In this document: positions 55,868 through 64,000 of the stretch, in pieces
Position numbering within the stretch: the stretch's first letter is position 1
Layout: each line of letters begins with the position of its first letter
Made by a program: the position numbers and the translations under genes
Notes under the pieces: model-generated
Told to the model about the DNA's origin: nothing
Seen by the model: the letters and a program-made list of their open reading frames with translations, nothing else
Databases searched by the model: none
DNA from: Sedimentisphaerales bacterium
GTDB lineage: Bacteria > Planctomycetota > Phycisphaerae > Sedimentisphaerales > Anaerohalosphaeraceae
Reading direction: 5' to 3'
DNA: 64,000 bases
NCBI GenBank assembly: GCA_028282905.1
Contig: JANQGW010000112.1
Location: 189-64,188, forward strand

Positions 55868-57091
55868 CTATTTAGCATCTTTTCGCTTACCTGACACCGG
55901 TTTACCCTGCACATAGCAGCCAATATTGCGAATGGCCTGCCGGAGCCTGTGTTCATTCTCAACCAGAGCGATTCGCATATAATGTTCGCCGTTTTCACCA
56001 AATGCACCACCCGGTGAAATCACGACATTAGCCTCTTCCAACAGATCCATTGCGAAATCAATGCTGTTACGGCCCTTTGAGTGCTCTTGGGGCACTTTCG
56101 CCCAGACAAACATCGACGCTCGCGGCACCTCAACTTCCCAACCAAGACGCTGCAAACCCTGACAGACAACATCCCGTCGAGCTTGATATTTTGCGTTTTG
56201 CTTTGTGATTTCGTCCTCACAATGCCGCATCGCGATAATACTGGCAATCTGAATCGGCTGGAAAATGCCGTAATCATAATAGCCTTTCACTGTTGCCAGC
56301 GCTTCGATCATCTTCTTATTGCCAGCAGCAAAGCCTATCCGAAAACCGGCCATTCCATAAGGCTTGCTCATCGTCGTAAACTCAATGCCCACATCTTTGG
56401 CCCCTTTGGCCGACAGGAAACTGGGAGGCTTGTAGCCGTCGAAACACGTCTCACCATAGGCAAAATCGTGGATAACAGCAATATTAAAGCGTTTTGCCAG
56501 TTCGACAACCGTTTCAAAAAAGCCCGGATCAACCGTCATCGCCGTCGGGTTATGCGGATAGTTCAAAATCAGCAGCTTGGGCTTCGGGAACAGATGTTCG
56601 CACACATAGGCAATGGTATCCAGAAACTTCTGGTCGTTACCCAGCGGCACGGTAATCACATTTCCACCGGCAAGCACGACACCATAAATATGAATCGGAA
56701 ACGCCGGGTCCGGCACAACCGCAGTGTCACCGGGGCCGAGCATTGCCAGGCATATATGACTGAAACCCTCTTTGGAGCCGATACAGGCTAATACCTCGGA
56801 ATCCGGATCCAGTGAGACGCCCCACTTCCGCTCATACTTCAACGCCATCTCTTTTCGGAGATTTTTAATCCCCTTTGAAGCACTATAGCGGTGGTTGCGC
56901 GGATCTTGCGCAGCTTCACACATCTTGTCAATGACCTCTTTGGGGGCACCATCCATCGGATTGCCCATTCCCAAGTCAATAATATCAATGTGCTCTCGGC
57001 GTTTCTGAAGTTTCAGCGCATTGAGCCGGCCAAACAAATACGGCGGCAGACGTTTCATCCTTGCCGCGGTTTCAATTGTAAATTCTTCCAT
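55868..57091 (-). CDS. Class I/II PLP-dependent aminotransferase (AlaA/AspC-like)
   Basis: MEEFTIETAARMKRLPPYLFGRLNALK..IIDLGMGNP at the N-terminus and TMSKPYGMAGFRIGF (PLP lysine). I prefer the ATG at 57091 with GGAG 6 nt upstream over the track start at 57160. Confidence 0.88.
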   Translation of the reverse strand: MEEFTIETAARMKRLPPYLFGRLNALKLQKRREHIDIIDLGMGNPMDGAPKEVIDKMCEAAQDPRNHRYSASKGIKNLRKEMALKYERKWGVSLDPDSEVLACIGSKEGFSHICLAMLGPGDTAVVPDPAFPIHIYGVVLAGGNVITVPLGNDQKFLDTIAYVCEHLFPKPKLLILNYPHNPTAMTVDPGFFETVVELAKRFNIAVIHDFAYGETCFDGYKPPSFLSAKGAKDVGIEFTTMSKPYGMAGFRIGFAAGNKKMIEALATVKGYYDYGIFQPIQIASIIAMRHCEDEITKQNAKYQARRDVVCQGLQRLGWEVEVPRASMFVWAKVPQEHSKGRNSIDFAMDLLEEANVVISPGGAFGENGEHYMRIALVENEHRLRQAIRNIGCYVQGKPVSGKRKDAK

Positions 57092-57442
57092 GACTGTCTC
57101 CTGTGGATACAAAGATAGAATCGTCATTATGACAGATTTCCCTGAAAAATCAAATACCAAAACCCGTGATTTGCCTTTTAAACAGGGTTTTTCAGGCTAT
57201 TTACAGAACGCCTTGCCCTTGTGCTTTATTGCGATAATCAACAACAAGAACTATAGAAAGGCGATTTTTTTTGACTTGTTTTTACATATCCAAGCGGTTT
57301 CCTGTTGCACTGAAATCCCAAAAACTCTATCCTGAGTTGCTCTGAAAGAACGCAAATAAGACTTCTATTTCACAAAATCCACCGTTGTCGCAAAAAGTCT
57401 CGCGATGGCCGCGGTTGAGTAATATTGACAAGGGACATTATT

Positions 57443-60400
57443 ATGCAGAGAAAACTTAACACTTGCCGCATAACCGATGAAGAGAAAATCAAACAGGCCG
57501 GTCTGGTTCTCGATTTTGACGAGATCGCACGTAAAGACTCCATGTCAGGCGAAGAAGCGCTTATCGCAAAATGGTACGGAATCTACCGCTCACGCCAGTC
57601 AGGCGACCACATGGCACGCATTGTCGTTCCCGCCGGCAAGATCACCTCTGTGCAGGGCCGGGCTATTGCCGCAATGTCAGAACGCTATTCACAGGGTAAA
57701 ATCTCTTTTACAACCCGACAGGCCGCACAGCTTCACCGGTTGCAGTTAAAGCAACTGCCCGCTTTTCTGCGTGATGTTAAGGCCGCCGGAATGACCACAT
57801 TTCACGGCTGCGGTGACGTTGCACGCAATGTCACCGCCTGTCCATGGGCCAGCTTCTGCCAATATCGTCGATTCGATGTTACCGATTACGCTGTTGAAAC
57901 GGCCCACCTGCTTTCTGCCAGCCGTGACCTGGATAATTTGCCGCGAAAGTTTAAGGTTTCCTTTTCCGGATGCGAGGGATTATGCAGTCAACCGCATATT
58001 AACTGTGTCGGTGCCATCGCCGTTAACCGCATAACAGCCGACGGTCACGTCGAAGATGGATTTCGCGTCATCATCGGCGGTGGTATGGGTTGGAAACCCT
58101 TCATTGCCAAAATGATTTACTCGTTTGTGCCCGCCGAACAGATTGCCGCCGTCTGTCGAGCCATCGGACTGCTGTACAGTGAACAGGGGAACAGACAGCG
58201 TCGTATGTATGCTCGTCTGAAATTTGTCGTGGACCGACTTGGTGTTGACGGATGCAGAAAGCTGCTGGAGCCGATTTTTCAGCGTGAGGGCATTGATTCA
58301 ACTCGCTTTGAAACCGATCCCATCGACGAAAACGGCCCGGCCGTTCCCACGCGTCCGCTCACTGAAATCAATCCCCTCGATGACAACGGATTGGTTATCC
58401 AGCGAATCATGATCCCGAAGGGTGAATTGTCCGCTGAGGCATTACTGAAAATCGCCGAACTGTCCGAACAATATGGCGATAAGCATATTTACAGCACCAA
58501 CCGGCAAAATCTTGAAATTCACGGCGTCCGCCCTGACAAAACATCTGAGTTGAAACGGCAAATCGAAGCGTTATCGTTTGAGACCGAACACTTTTTCGGT
58601 CTGGATGATATTGTCAGTTGTGTGGGAACGACGTATTGCCCGTTGGCGGTGACCCGAACGCATGACATTTTCGACTCTCTAAAAGAGCTTGTGCCCCAAG
58701 ACCGCTACCGCTCCATTCAGTCAAAAGCCAATATCAATATTACCGGCTGTCCCAATGCCTGCGGCCAATACCGCGTTGCGGATATCGGCCTTCGTGGCCT
58801 GCGTATTCGCGAACAATCCGGATCGGTCGAAAGCTATCAGCTTTCACTGGGAGGTACCCATCAGACTCTCGGCACCATTGTCGGTGATTTTAAATCGGCT
58901 GATTGCGTCTCGGCAATTGAAACAATACTGGATACATTTCTGAAAGCTAATGAGCAAACGGACTGGCCGTCACTGGCCGAACACATTGAAGCTGAGGGAA
59001 TCGAACCATATCAGCAAGCCGTCTCTCAATTTAACAGCGCCTATGAAAAAGCCGGCAAACCGAACGACTACTCGACGGTCACCGGCCCGGCTGACAAAGC
59101 ACTGGATTTCAGCACGATTGCCAAAGACATCCCATGCCAGGCGGAATGTCCCGCCGGCACGCATATTCCGGATTACATAAAGCTGATCTCGGAGGGCAAA
59201 TACCAACAGGCCCACCAGATTAACCAGGAAGACAATGTGCTGCCGGGAGTGCTGGGACGCATCTGCACGCGTCCCTGTGAAAATCGGTGTCGGCATCAAT
59301 GGACCAATACGCTGGGGCCGGTACGAATCTGCCACCTCAAGCGATCTGCCGCTGACAGTAAGGAAATAACCAGTGCTCCCCTGCCGCCGTATTTTGATGC
59401 CTCGGGCAAACGGGTTGCCGTCATTGGCGCAGGTCCGGCAGGTTTGGCCGCTGCCAGAGAATTGAAACGTTACGGCCACGATGTGACGATCTTTGATAAC
59501 CAGTCCAAGCCGGGCGGACAGGTTCGCAGCGGCGTACCGGAATTTCGTCTGCCGCGAACAGTGCTGGACGAAGACATTAGCGCAATTCTCGACAGTGAGA
59601 TCAAAACGAAGCTTGATACCCAAATCGACAAAGCAGCCCTAACTGAAATGGTCAACGACTATGACGCTGTCCTTGTCGCCACCGGAGCCAATGCTCCACG
59701 CCGCCTTACATTTGATGGACTCGATGACAGCTCAGCAATTGAAGGTCTGGAATTCATGAGACGGTATAACGAAGGCCAACCGGTCTCGGTCGGAAGCAAT
59801 GTCATTATCATTGGCGGCGGGTTTACTGCGGTTGATTGCAGCCGTTCGACACGGCGAATCGCACCGGATGCGAATATTACGATTATGTACCGTCGAGGCG
59901 TGGCACAGATGGCGGCCAATGAAGATGAACTGCATGAGATGGCCATCGAGAACATCCGGATTGAAACGCTTGTCACTCCCGTCAGTTGCCAAACAAAAGA
60001 CGGCAAACTCACTTCGGTGACATTTCAGCGAAACACACTGGGGACAGTCGATGAATCCGGCAAGCCAAGCTTCCACCCTGTACCGGACAGTAATTTCCAG
60101 CAGCCCTGTGACACACTGATTTTAGCGATCGGCCAAACACCGGACCGGACGCTGTTGCCGGAAGGAGTGAAATTTTCCGAAGGACACAGTACCACGCAGG
60201 CCGGTTTATATGTTGCCGGAGATTTTGCAATGGGTAACGGCGATGTTATCAGCGCTGTCGCCGATGCAAAAACTGCCGCCGAAGAAATCGACACCTATTT
60301 ATCCGGATGCCGACGACGCAAAAAAATAGTCCGGATCGCGGAGACCGATGACGTCGGACGGATGCGTGAGTACGATATGATCGATCCGCCTGCCATGTCG

Positions 60401-60787
60401 GTTCTATCTGAAAATCGGCGACAGGGAAACGAAGAGGTCGAATTAGGCCTGACCGATGAAAATACCGATTTGCACTCAAAGCGGTGCTATCTCTGCAATC
60501 ACAAGTTTGAGATCGATCAGGACAAGTGCATTCACTGCGACTGGTGTATCCGCGTTTCGCCAAGAGACTGTATTCATCGACTCAGCAAAATTGAAACGGA
60601 TGAAAACGGAATCGTTCAGGATGTCACGAAAGTCGATGCGGACAAGCCGGAACAGGCAACCTTTATCTGGATTGACAGTGACCAGTGCATCCGCTGCGGC
60701 AACTGTATCAATATCTGCCCCGTTGGTGCGATTTCGCTGAAAAAAGCCAAGCTATGCAGGGATGCCGGAAACGAGCCAGGCTCTTAG
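57443..60787 (+). CDS. Triple fusion: sulfite/nitrite reductase-like siroheme-[4Fe-4S] hemoprotein + GltD-like NAD(P)H:FAD oxidoreductase + C-terminal 2x[4Fe-4S] ferredoxin
   Basis: The N-terminal ~540 aa has two SiR/NiR half-domains with SCVGTTYCP (C-x5-C) and GCPNAC (C-x3-C). The middle has the GltD-type cluster region (CQAECPAGTHIP..GRICTRPCENRC) and dinucleotide fold VAVIGAGPAGLAAARELKRYGHDVTIFD. The C-terminus has CIHCDWCIRVSP and CIRCGNCINICP. The ATG at 57443 is preferred. Confidence 0.8.
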   Translation: MQRKLNTCRITDEEKIKQAGLVLDFDEIARKDSMSGEEALIAKWYGIYRSRQSGDHMARIVVPAGKITSVQGRAIAAMSERYSQGKISFTTRQAAQLHRLQLKQLPAFLRDVKAAGMTTFHGCGDVARNVTACPWASFCQYRRFDVTDYAVETAHLLSASRDLDNLPRKFKVSFSGCEGLCSQPHINCVGAIAVNRITADGHVEDGFRVIIGGGMGWKPFIAKMIYSFVPAEQIAAVCRAIGLLYSEQGNRQRRMYARLKFVVDRLGVDGCRKLLEPIFQREGIDSTRFETDPIDENGPAVPTRPLTEINPLDDNGLVIQRIMIPKGELSAEALLKIAELSEQYGDKHIYSTNRQNLEIHGVRPDKTSELKRQIEALSFETEHFFGLDDIVSCVGTTYCPLAVTRTHDIFDSLKELVPQDRYRSIQSKANINITGCPNACGQYRVADIGLRGLRIREQSGSVESYQLSLGGTHQTLGTIVGDFKSADCVSAIETILDTFLKANEQTDWPSLAEHIEAEGIEPYQQAVSQFNSAYEKAGKPNDYSTVTGPADKALDFSTIAKDIPCQAECPAGTHIPDYIKLISEGKYQQAHQINQEDNVLPGVLGRICTRPCENRCRHQWTNTLGPVRICHLKRSAADSKEITSAPLPPYFDASGKRVAVIGAGPAGLAAARELKRYGHDVTIFDNQSKPGGQVRSGVPEFRLPRTVLDEDISAILDSEIKTKLDTQIDKAALTEMVNDYDAVLVATGANAPRRLTFDGLDDSSAIEGLEFMRRYNEGQPVSVGSNVIIIGGGFTAVDCSRSTRRIAPDANITIMYRRGVAQMAANEDELHEMAIENIRIETLVTPVSCQTKDGKLTSVTFQRNTLGTVDESGKPSFHPVPDSNFQQPCDTLILAIGQTPDRTLLPEGVKFSEGHSTTQAGLYVAGDFAMGNGDVISAVADAKTAAEEIDTYLSGCRRRKKIVRIAETDDVGRMREYDMIDPPAMSVLSENRRQGNEEVELGLTDENTDLHSKRCYLCNHKFEIDQDKCIHCDWCIRVSPRDCIHRLSKIETDENGIVQDVTKVDADKPEQATFIWIDSDQCIRCGNCINICPVGAISLKKAKLCRDAGNEPGS

Positions 60788-61779
60788 AACGTCCAGGAAA
60801 CGGTTAGTGCACCGATGCTGTCCACACCGGACTGTTCTTTGAATTGGTGCGTGTAAAAGGTCTGCGAATAGCCTAATTCCAGGCGATTGCGTTTGTAAAC
60901 GGCGCCGATTTGAAACTCACCGACCAGTGGCTCATGTCCCAGACCGGTCAAAAAACGGTCATGCTCAACCGCCTTGCCGACAAAGCGTGTAAACAGCCAA
61001 GCTGACTCAGCAGGTCCTTCCCGCAGTGCATCCACACCCGACGGCAGTTCCAGTCGCCCGGCCGCAAAGGTGTTGCCCAGGTTATAGCCATAGCGAAATG
61101 TCACGCCCGCCTGCAGGTGGCGATGAACCGATCCGGCAGTAAAACCGTACTCGGCAATCACATCGGTGGACTCCGTCGGTGCCAGCCAGCCATTTGCCAA
61201 TCGTTGATGCCGCATAAATGTAAAGTCAACCGCTAACTCGTCACCAATCTGGTCTTCCCAGCCAATCGGATCATTGGAGTTGATCAGGCTGTGAACTGCC
61301 TCCTGCACGTCCTGTCCATGTGCCGACGGACCGATAACACCGATGTTCAGTTCGACATGATCCATCACATCGGCAGTTGCTCGCTGGGCAAACATCCCCA
61401 CATAGAGCCAGCCGGCAAACACCCGATCCTCCGGATTACGCAGCCAGGGCTTGTCGGGATAATCCGGGCTGTAAATATTCTGGCCAAGAAAGAAACCTAC
61501 AGCGGTATCAACCGCCTGGCCGTCTTCGGCAAAGCTCCAGCTTGAAAAGTCCCCCAGCCACTGCCAGTCAGGCTGTGTCACATAAACCAGCTTGGTGCCG
61601 TGGGTGTAATGGCGATCCGTATTATGGTTGGGCTTGAGTCCCCGGCTGTCATTTTCGACATAGACCTGAAACGCATCCTTTGCAAATGTTTGCGTTGCCG
61701 ATGCCGCTAAAAGCAAGCAAACCAAAGCTATAGGCCGTGAAAACCGCATTCCTTTATCTCCCCTGCCAAAAAGTAACAT
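60784..61779 (-). CDS. LpxR-family (DUF2219) outer-membrane lipid A deacylase-like protein
   Basis: Signal peptide, YVENDSRGLKPNHNTDRHYTHGTKLVY (the END...TDR.YT.G family motif), a beta-barrel pattern, and a terminal TVSWTF. Its stop overlaps the convergent upstream gene's stop by 4 nt. Confidence 0.8.
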   Translation of the reverse strand: MLLFGRGDKGMRFSRPIALVCLLLAASATQTFAKDAFQVYVENDSRGLKPNHNTDRHYTHGTKLVYVTQPDWQWLGDFSSWSFAEDGQAVDTAVGFFLGQNIYSPDYPDKPWLRNPEDRVFAGWLYVGMFAQRATADVMDHVELNIGVIGPSAHGQDVQEAVHSLINSNDPIGWEDQIGDELAVDFTFMRHQRLANGWLAPTESTDVIAEYGFTAGSVHRHLQAGVTFRYGYNLGNTFAAGRLELPSGVDALREGPAESAWLFTRFVGKAVEHDRFLTGLGHEPLVGEFQIGAVYKRNRLELGYSQTFYTHQFKEQSGVDSIGALTVSWTF

Positions 61780-61791
61780 TAACTACTTCAG

Positions 61792-63333
61792 CTATTCCCA
61801 TTCAATCGTGGCCGGCGGCTTGCTGGACACATCATAGACTACACGGTTAACACCGCGAACCTCATTAATAATCCGGCTGGCAATACGCCCCAGCACATCA
61901 TGCGGCACATGCGAAAAATCCGCCGTCATAAAGTCGGTCGTTTCCACGCAACGCAGTGCGATCACATGCTCATAGCTGCGTTCGTCGCCCATGACGCCAA
62001 CCGTACCCACCGGCAGCAATACCGCCAAAGCCTGGCTGATCTGCCGGTACAGACCGGCCGCTTTAATCTCTTCAATCAAAATATCGTCGGCTTCCCGCAG
62101 GATCGCCAGCTTGTCTTCGGTAATATCGCCGAGCACCCGTACCGCCAATCCCGGCCCCGGGAACGGATGCCGCCAGACCATATCCTCCGGCAGGCCCAGG
62201 TATTCGCCGACCAGCCGAACTTCATCCTTGAACAGATCCCGCAATGGCTCAACCAGCTCGAATCCAAGCTGTTCCGGCAGGCCGCCGACGTTGTGGTGCA
62301 GTTTGATATTGGCTGCCAGGTTGCCGTCCTTGTTGCCGGATTCAATCACATCCGGATACAGCGTGCCCTGTGCGAGGAACTTGGCATTCTCAATCTTGTC
62401 GGACTCGGACTTAAAGGCCTCGATAAATTCGGCCCCGATGATTTTTCGTTTTTCCTGCGGATCGGTCACTCCGGCCAGCTTTTCGAGGAACTGTTTGCCC
62501 CAATCCACAGTATGCAGGTCGATTTTGAAATGGCCGCCAAACATGGATTCGACGCCTTCGCGTTCGTTTTTGCGAAGCAAACCGTTATCAACGAAGATAC
62601 AAACGAGCTGATCGCCGATGGCCTTATGCAGCAGCGCCGCGGTGACCGCCGAATCGACACCACCGGACAAACCGCAGATCACCGTCGCGTCACCAACCTG
62701 TTCCTGCACCTTGGCAATGGTTTCCTCGACAAAATCACTCATCTGCCAGTCACCGGCGCACCCGCAGATGTCATACAGGAAATTCTTGAGAATATCAGCA
62801 CCACGCGGCGTGTGCGTCACTTCCGGGTGGAACTGCACGCCGTAGAAGATGCCGTTTTTGTGACGAACCGCTGCAAATGGGCAGGTACTCGTTGTCGCCA
62901 GTGACTCAAAATCGTCGGTCAACTGGTTGACCTGGTCGCCGTGGCTCATCCAGACTGTTGTATGGTCCGGCAGATTCTTGAACAAGTCACTGGTATCGGA
63001 AATATCAATCGCCGTCCGGCCGTATTCGCGGCTTTCGGCGGGCGCAATGTCAGCACCGAGAATCTTGCTGCCGATCTGCATGCCGTAGCAAATCCCCAAA
63101 ACCGGTACACCCAGTTCAAAAATACGCGGATCGCACATGGGGGCATTCTCAGCATACACACTGGCCGGCCCACCGGACAGGATAATGCCCTTAACGCCCA
63201 ATTGAGCCAGCTTTTCAATCTTGACCGATGGTTGATAAATCTGCGAATACACCTTGTGCTCGCGAACGCGCCGGGCAATCAACTGACCGTACTGACTTCC
63301 AAAATCGATAATCGCAACAACTTCTCGTGACAT
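61792..63333 (-). CDS. guaA: GMP synthase (glutamine-hydrolysing)
   Basis: GATase region (ICYGMQ, catalytic Cys), ATP-PPase P-loop [10 protein letters not shown], and C-terminal KPPATIEWE. Confidence 0.97.
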   Translation of the reverse strand: MSREVVAIIDFGSQYGQLIARRVREHKVYSQIYQPSVKIEKLAQLGVKGIILSGGPASVYAENAPMCDPRIFELGVPVLGICYGMQIGSKILGADIAPAESREYGRTAIDISDTSDLFKNLPDHTTVWMSHGDQVNQLTDDFESLATTSTCPFAAVRHKNGIFYGVQFHPEVTHTPRGADILKNFLYDICGCAGDWQMSDFVEETIAKVQEQVGDATVICGLSGGVDSAVTAALLHKAIGDQLVCIFVDNGLLRKNEREGVESMFGGHFKIDLHTVDWGKQFLEKLAGVTDPQEKRKIIGAEFIEAFKSESDKIENAKFLAQGTLYPDVIESGNKDGNLAANIKLHHNVGGLPEQLGFELVEPLRDLFKDEVRLVGEYLGLPEDMVWRHPFPGPGLAVRVLGDITEDKLAILREADDILIEEIKAAGLYRQISQALAVLLPVGTVGVMGDERSYEHVIALRCVETTDFMTADFSHVPHDVLGRIASRIINEVRGVNRVVYDVSSKPPATIEWE

Positions 63334-63365
63334 ATTATTTATCTTCTAAAATTCTTAATTCGATT

Positions 63366-64000
<635 letters not shown>

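Noticed and set aside
55537-55916. Plus-strand ORFs of 69 and 85 aa in the GA/CT-skewed intergenic region, plus a 17-aa minus-strand sORF (MKSAVRSTAQQRGERPV)
   Set aside because: The plus-strand ORFs are Ser/Pro/Phe-rich products of the pyrimidine skew and have no SD. The sORF has a GAGGAA upstream but nothing else supports it. The region is treated as non-coding.
60784-60787. 4-nt overlap of the convergent stop codons of the reductase fusion and the LpxR-like gene, considered as a possible antisense-regulation feature
   Set aside because: This is simply tight packing (CTCTTAGAA reads as TAG on the plus strand and TAA on the minus strand). There is no hairpin or other signal to interpret.

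Overview
Gene-dense chromosomal window from a diderm bacterium. By inference it belongs to the PVC superphylum, most likely Planctomycetota (Phycisphaerae-like). The supporting gene content is three tandem PEP-CTERM proteins, TAT-exported Gfo/Idh/MocA and DUF1080 proteins, a BlaR1-type sensor with a beta-helix ectodomain, LamG and LRR proteins, an AKKK-repeat histone-like protein and a lysine tail on TopA. Housekeeping blocks are the F-type ATP synthase operon atpZ-I-B-E-F-H-A-G-D (minus strand, left edge), nadD, ndk, a cold-shock gene, rarA, a 5-formyl-THF cyclo-ligase, greA, monomeric icd, argB-argD-argF, rdgB, topA, guaB-guaA (right edge), tRNA-Ala(GGC) and tRNA-Thr(UGU). I saw no rRNA, CRISPR array, transposase, integrase, phage gene or recognisable defence gene. 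The strongest candidate for an undescribed system is a tightly coupled, terminator-bounded four-gene operon (41393->36866, minus strand). It joins a VTC polyphosphate-polymerase-domain protein and its DUF4956 membrane partner to an HlyD adaptor and a TolC channel, with no conventional inner-membrane pump. This suggests a trans-envelope polymer synthesis/export machine. The second candidate is an ExbB-ExbD pair served by a TonB-like protein (SxxxH anchor plus Pro-rich spacer) whose C-terminal domain is a vWA/MIDAS domain. Other observations: a polycationic histone-like gene next to an HTH/polyacidic/2-TM/lysine-tail protein; a GA-rich candidate sRNA with GGA-loop hairpins; a sulfite-reductase/GltD/ferredoxin triple fusion; a Gfo/Idh/MocA-DUF1080-CBM fusion; BlaI and CsoR regulons with readable operators; a family of GTCAT...ATCCA hairpin repeats; inverted ATTCCT repeats bracketing greA; and an AT-rich LRR islet. 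All functional calls rest on motif recognition by eye, because no database search was possible.
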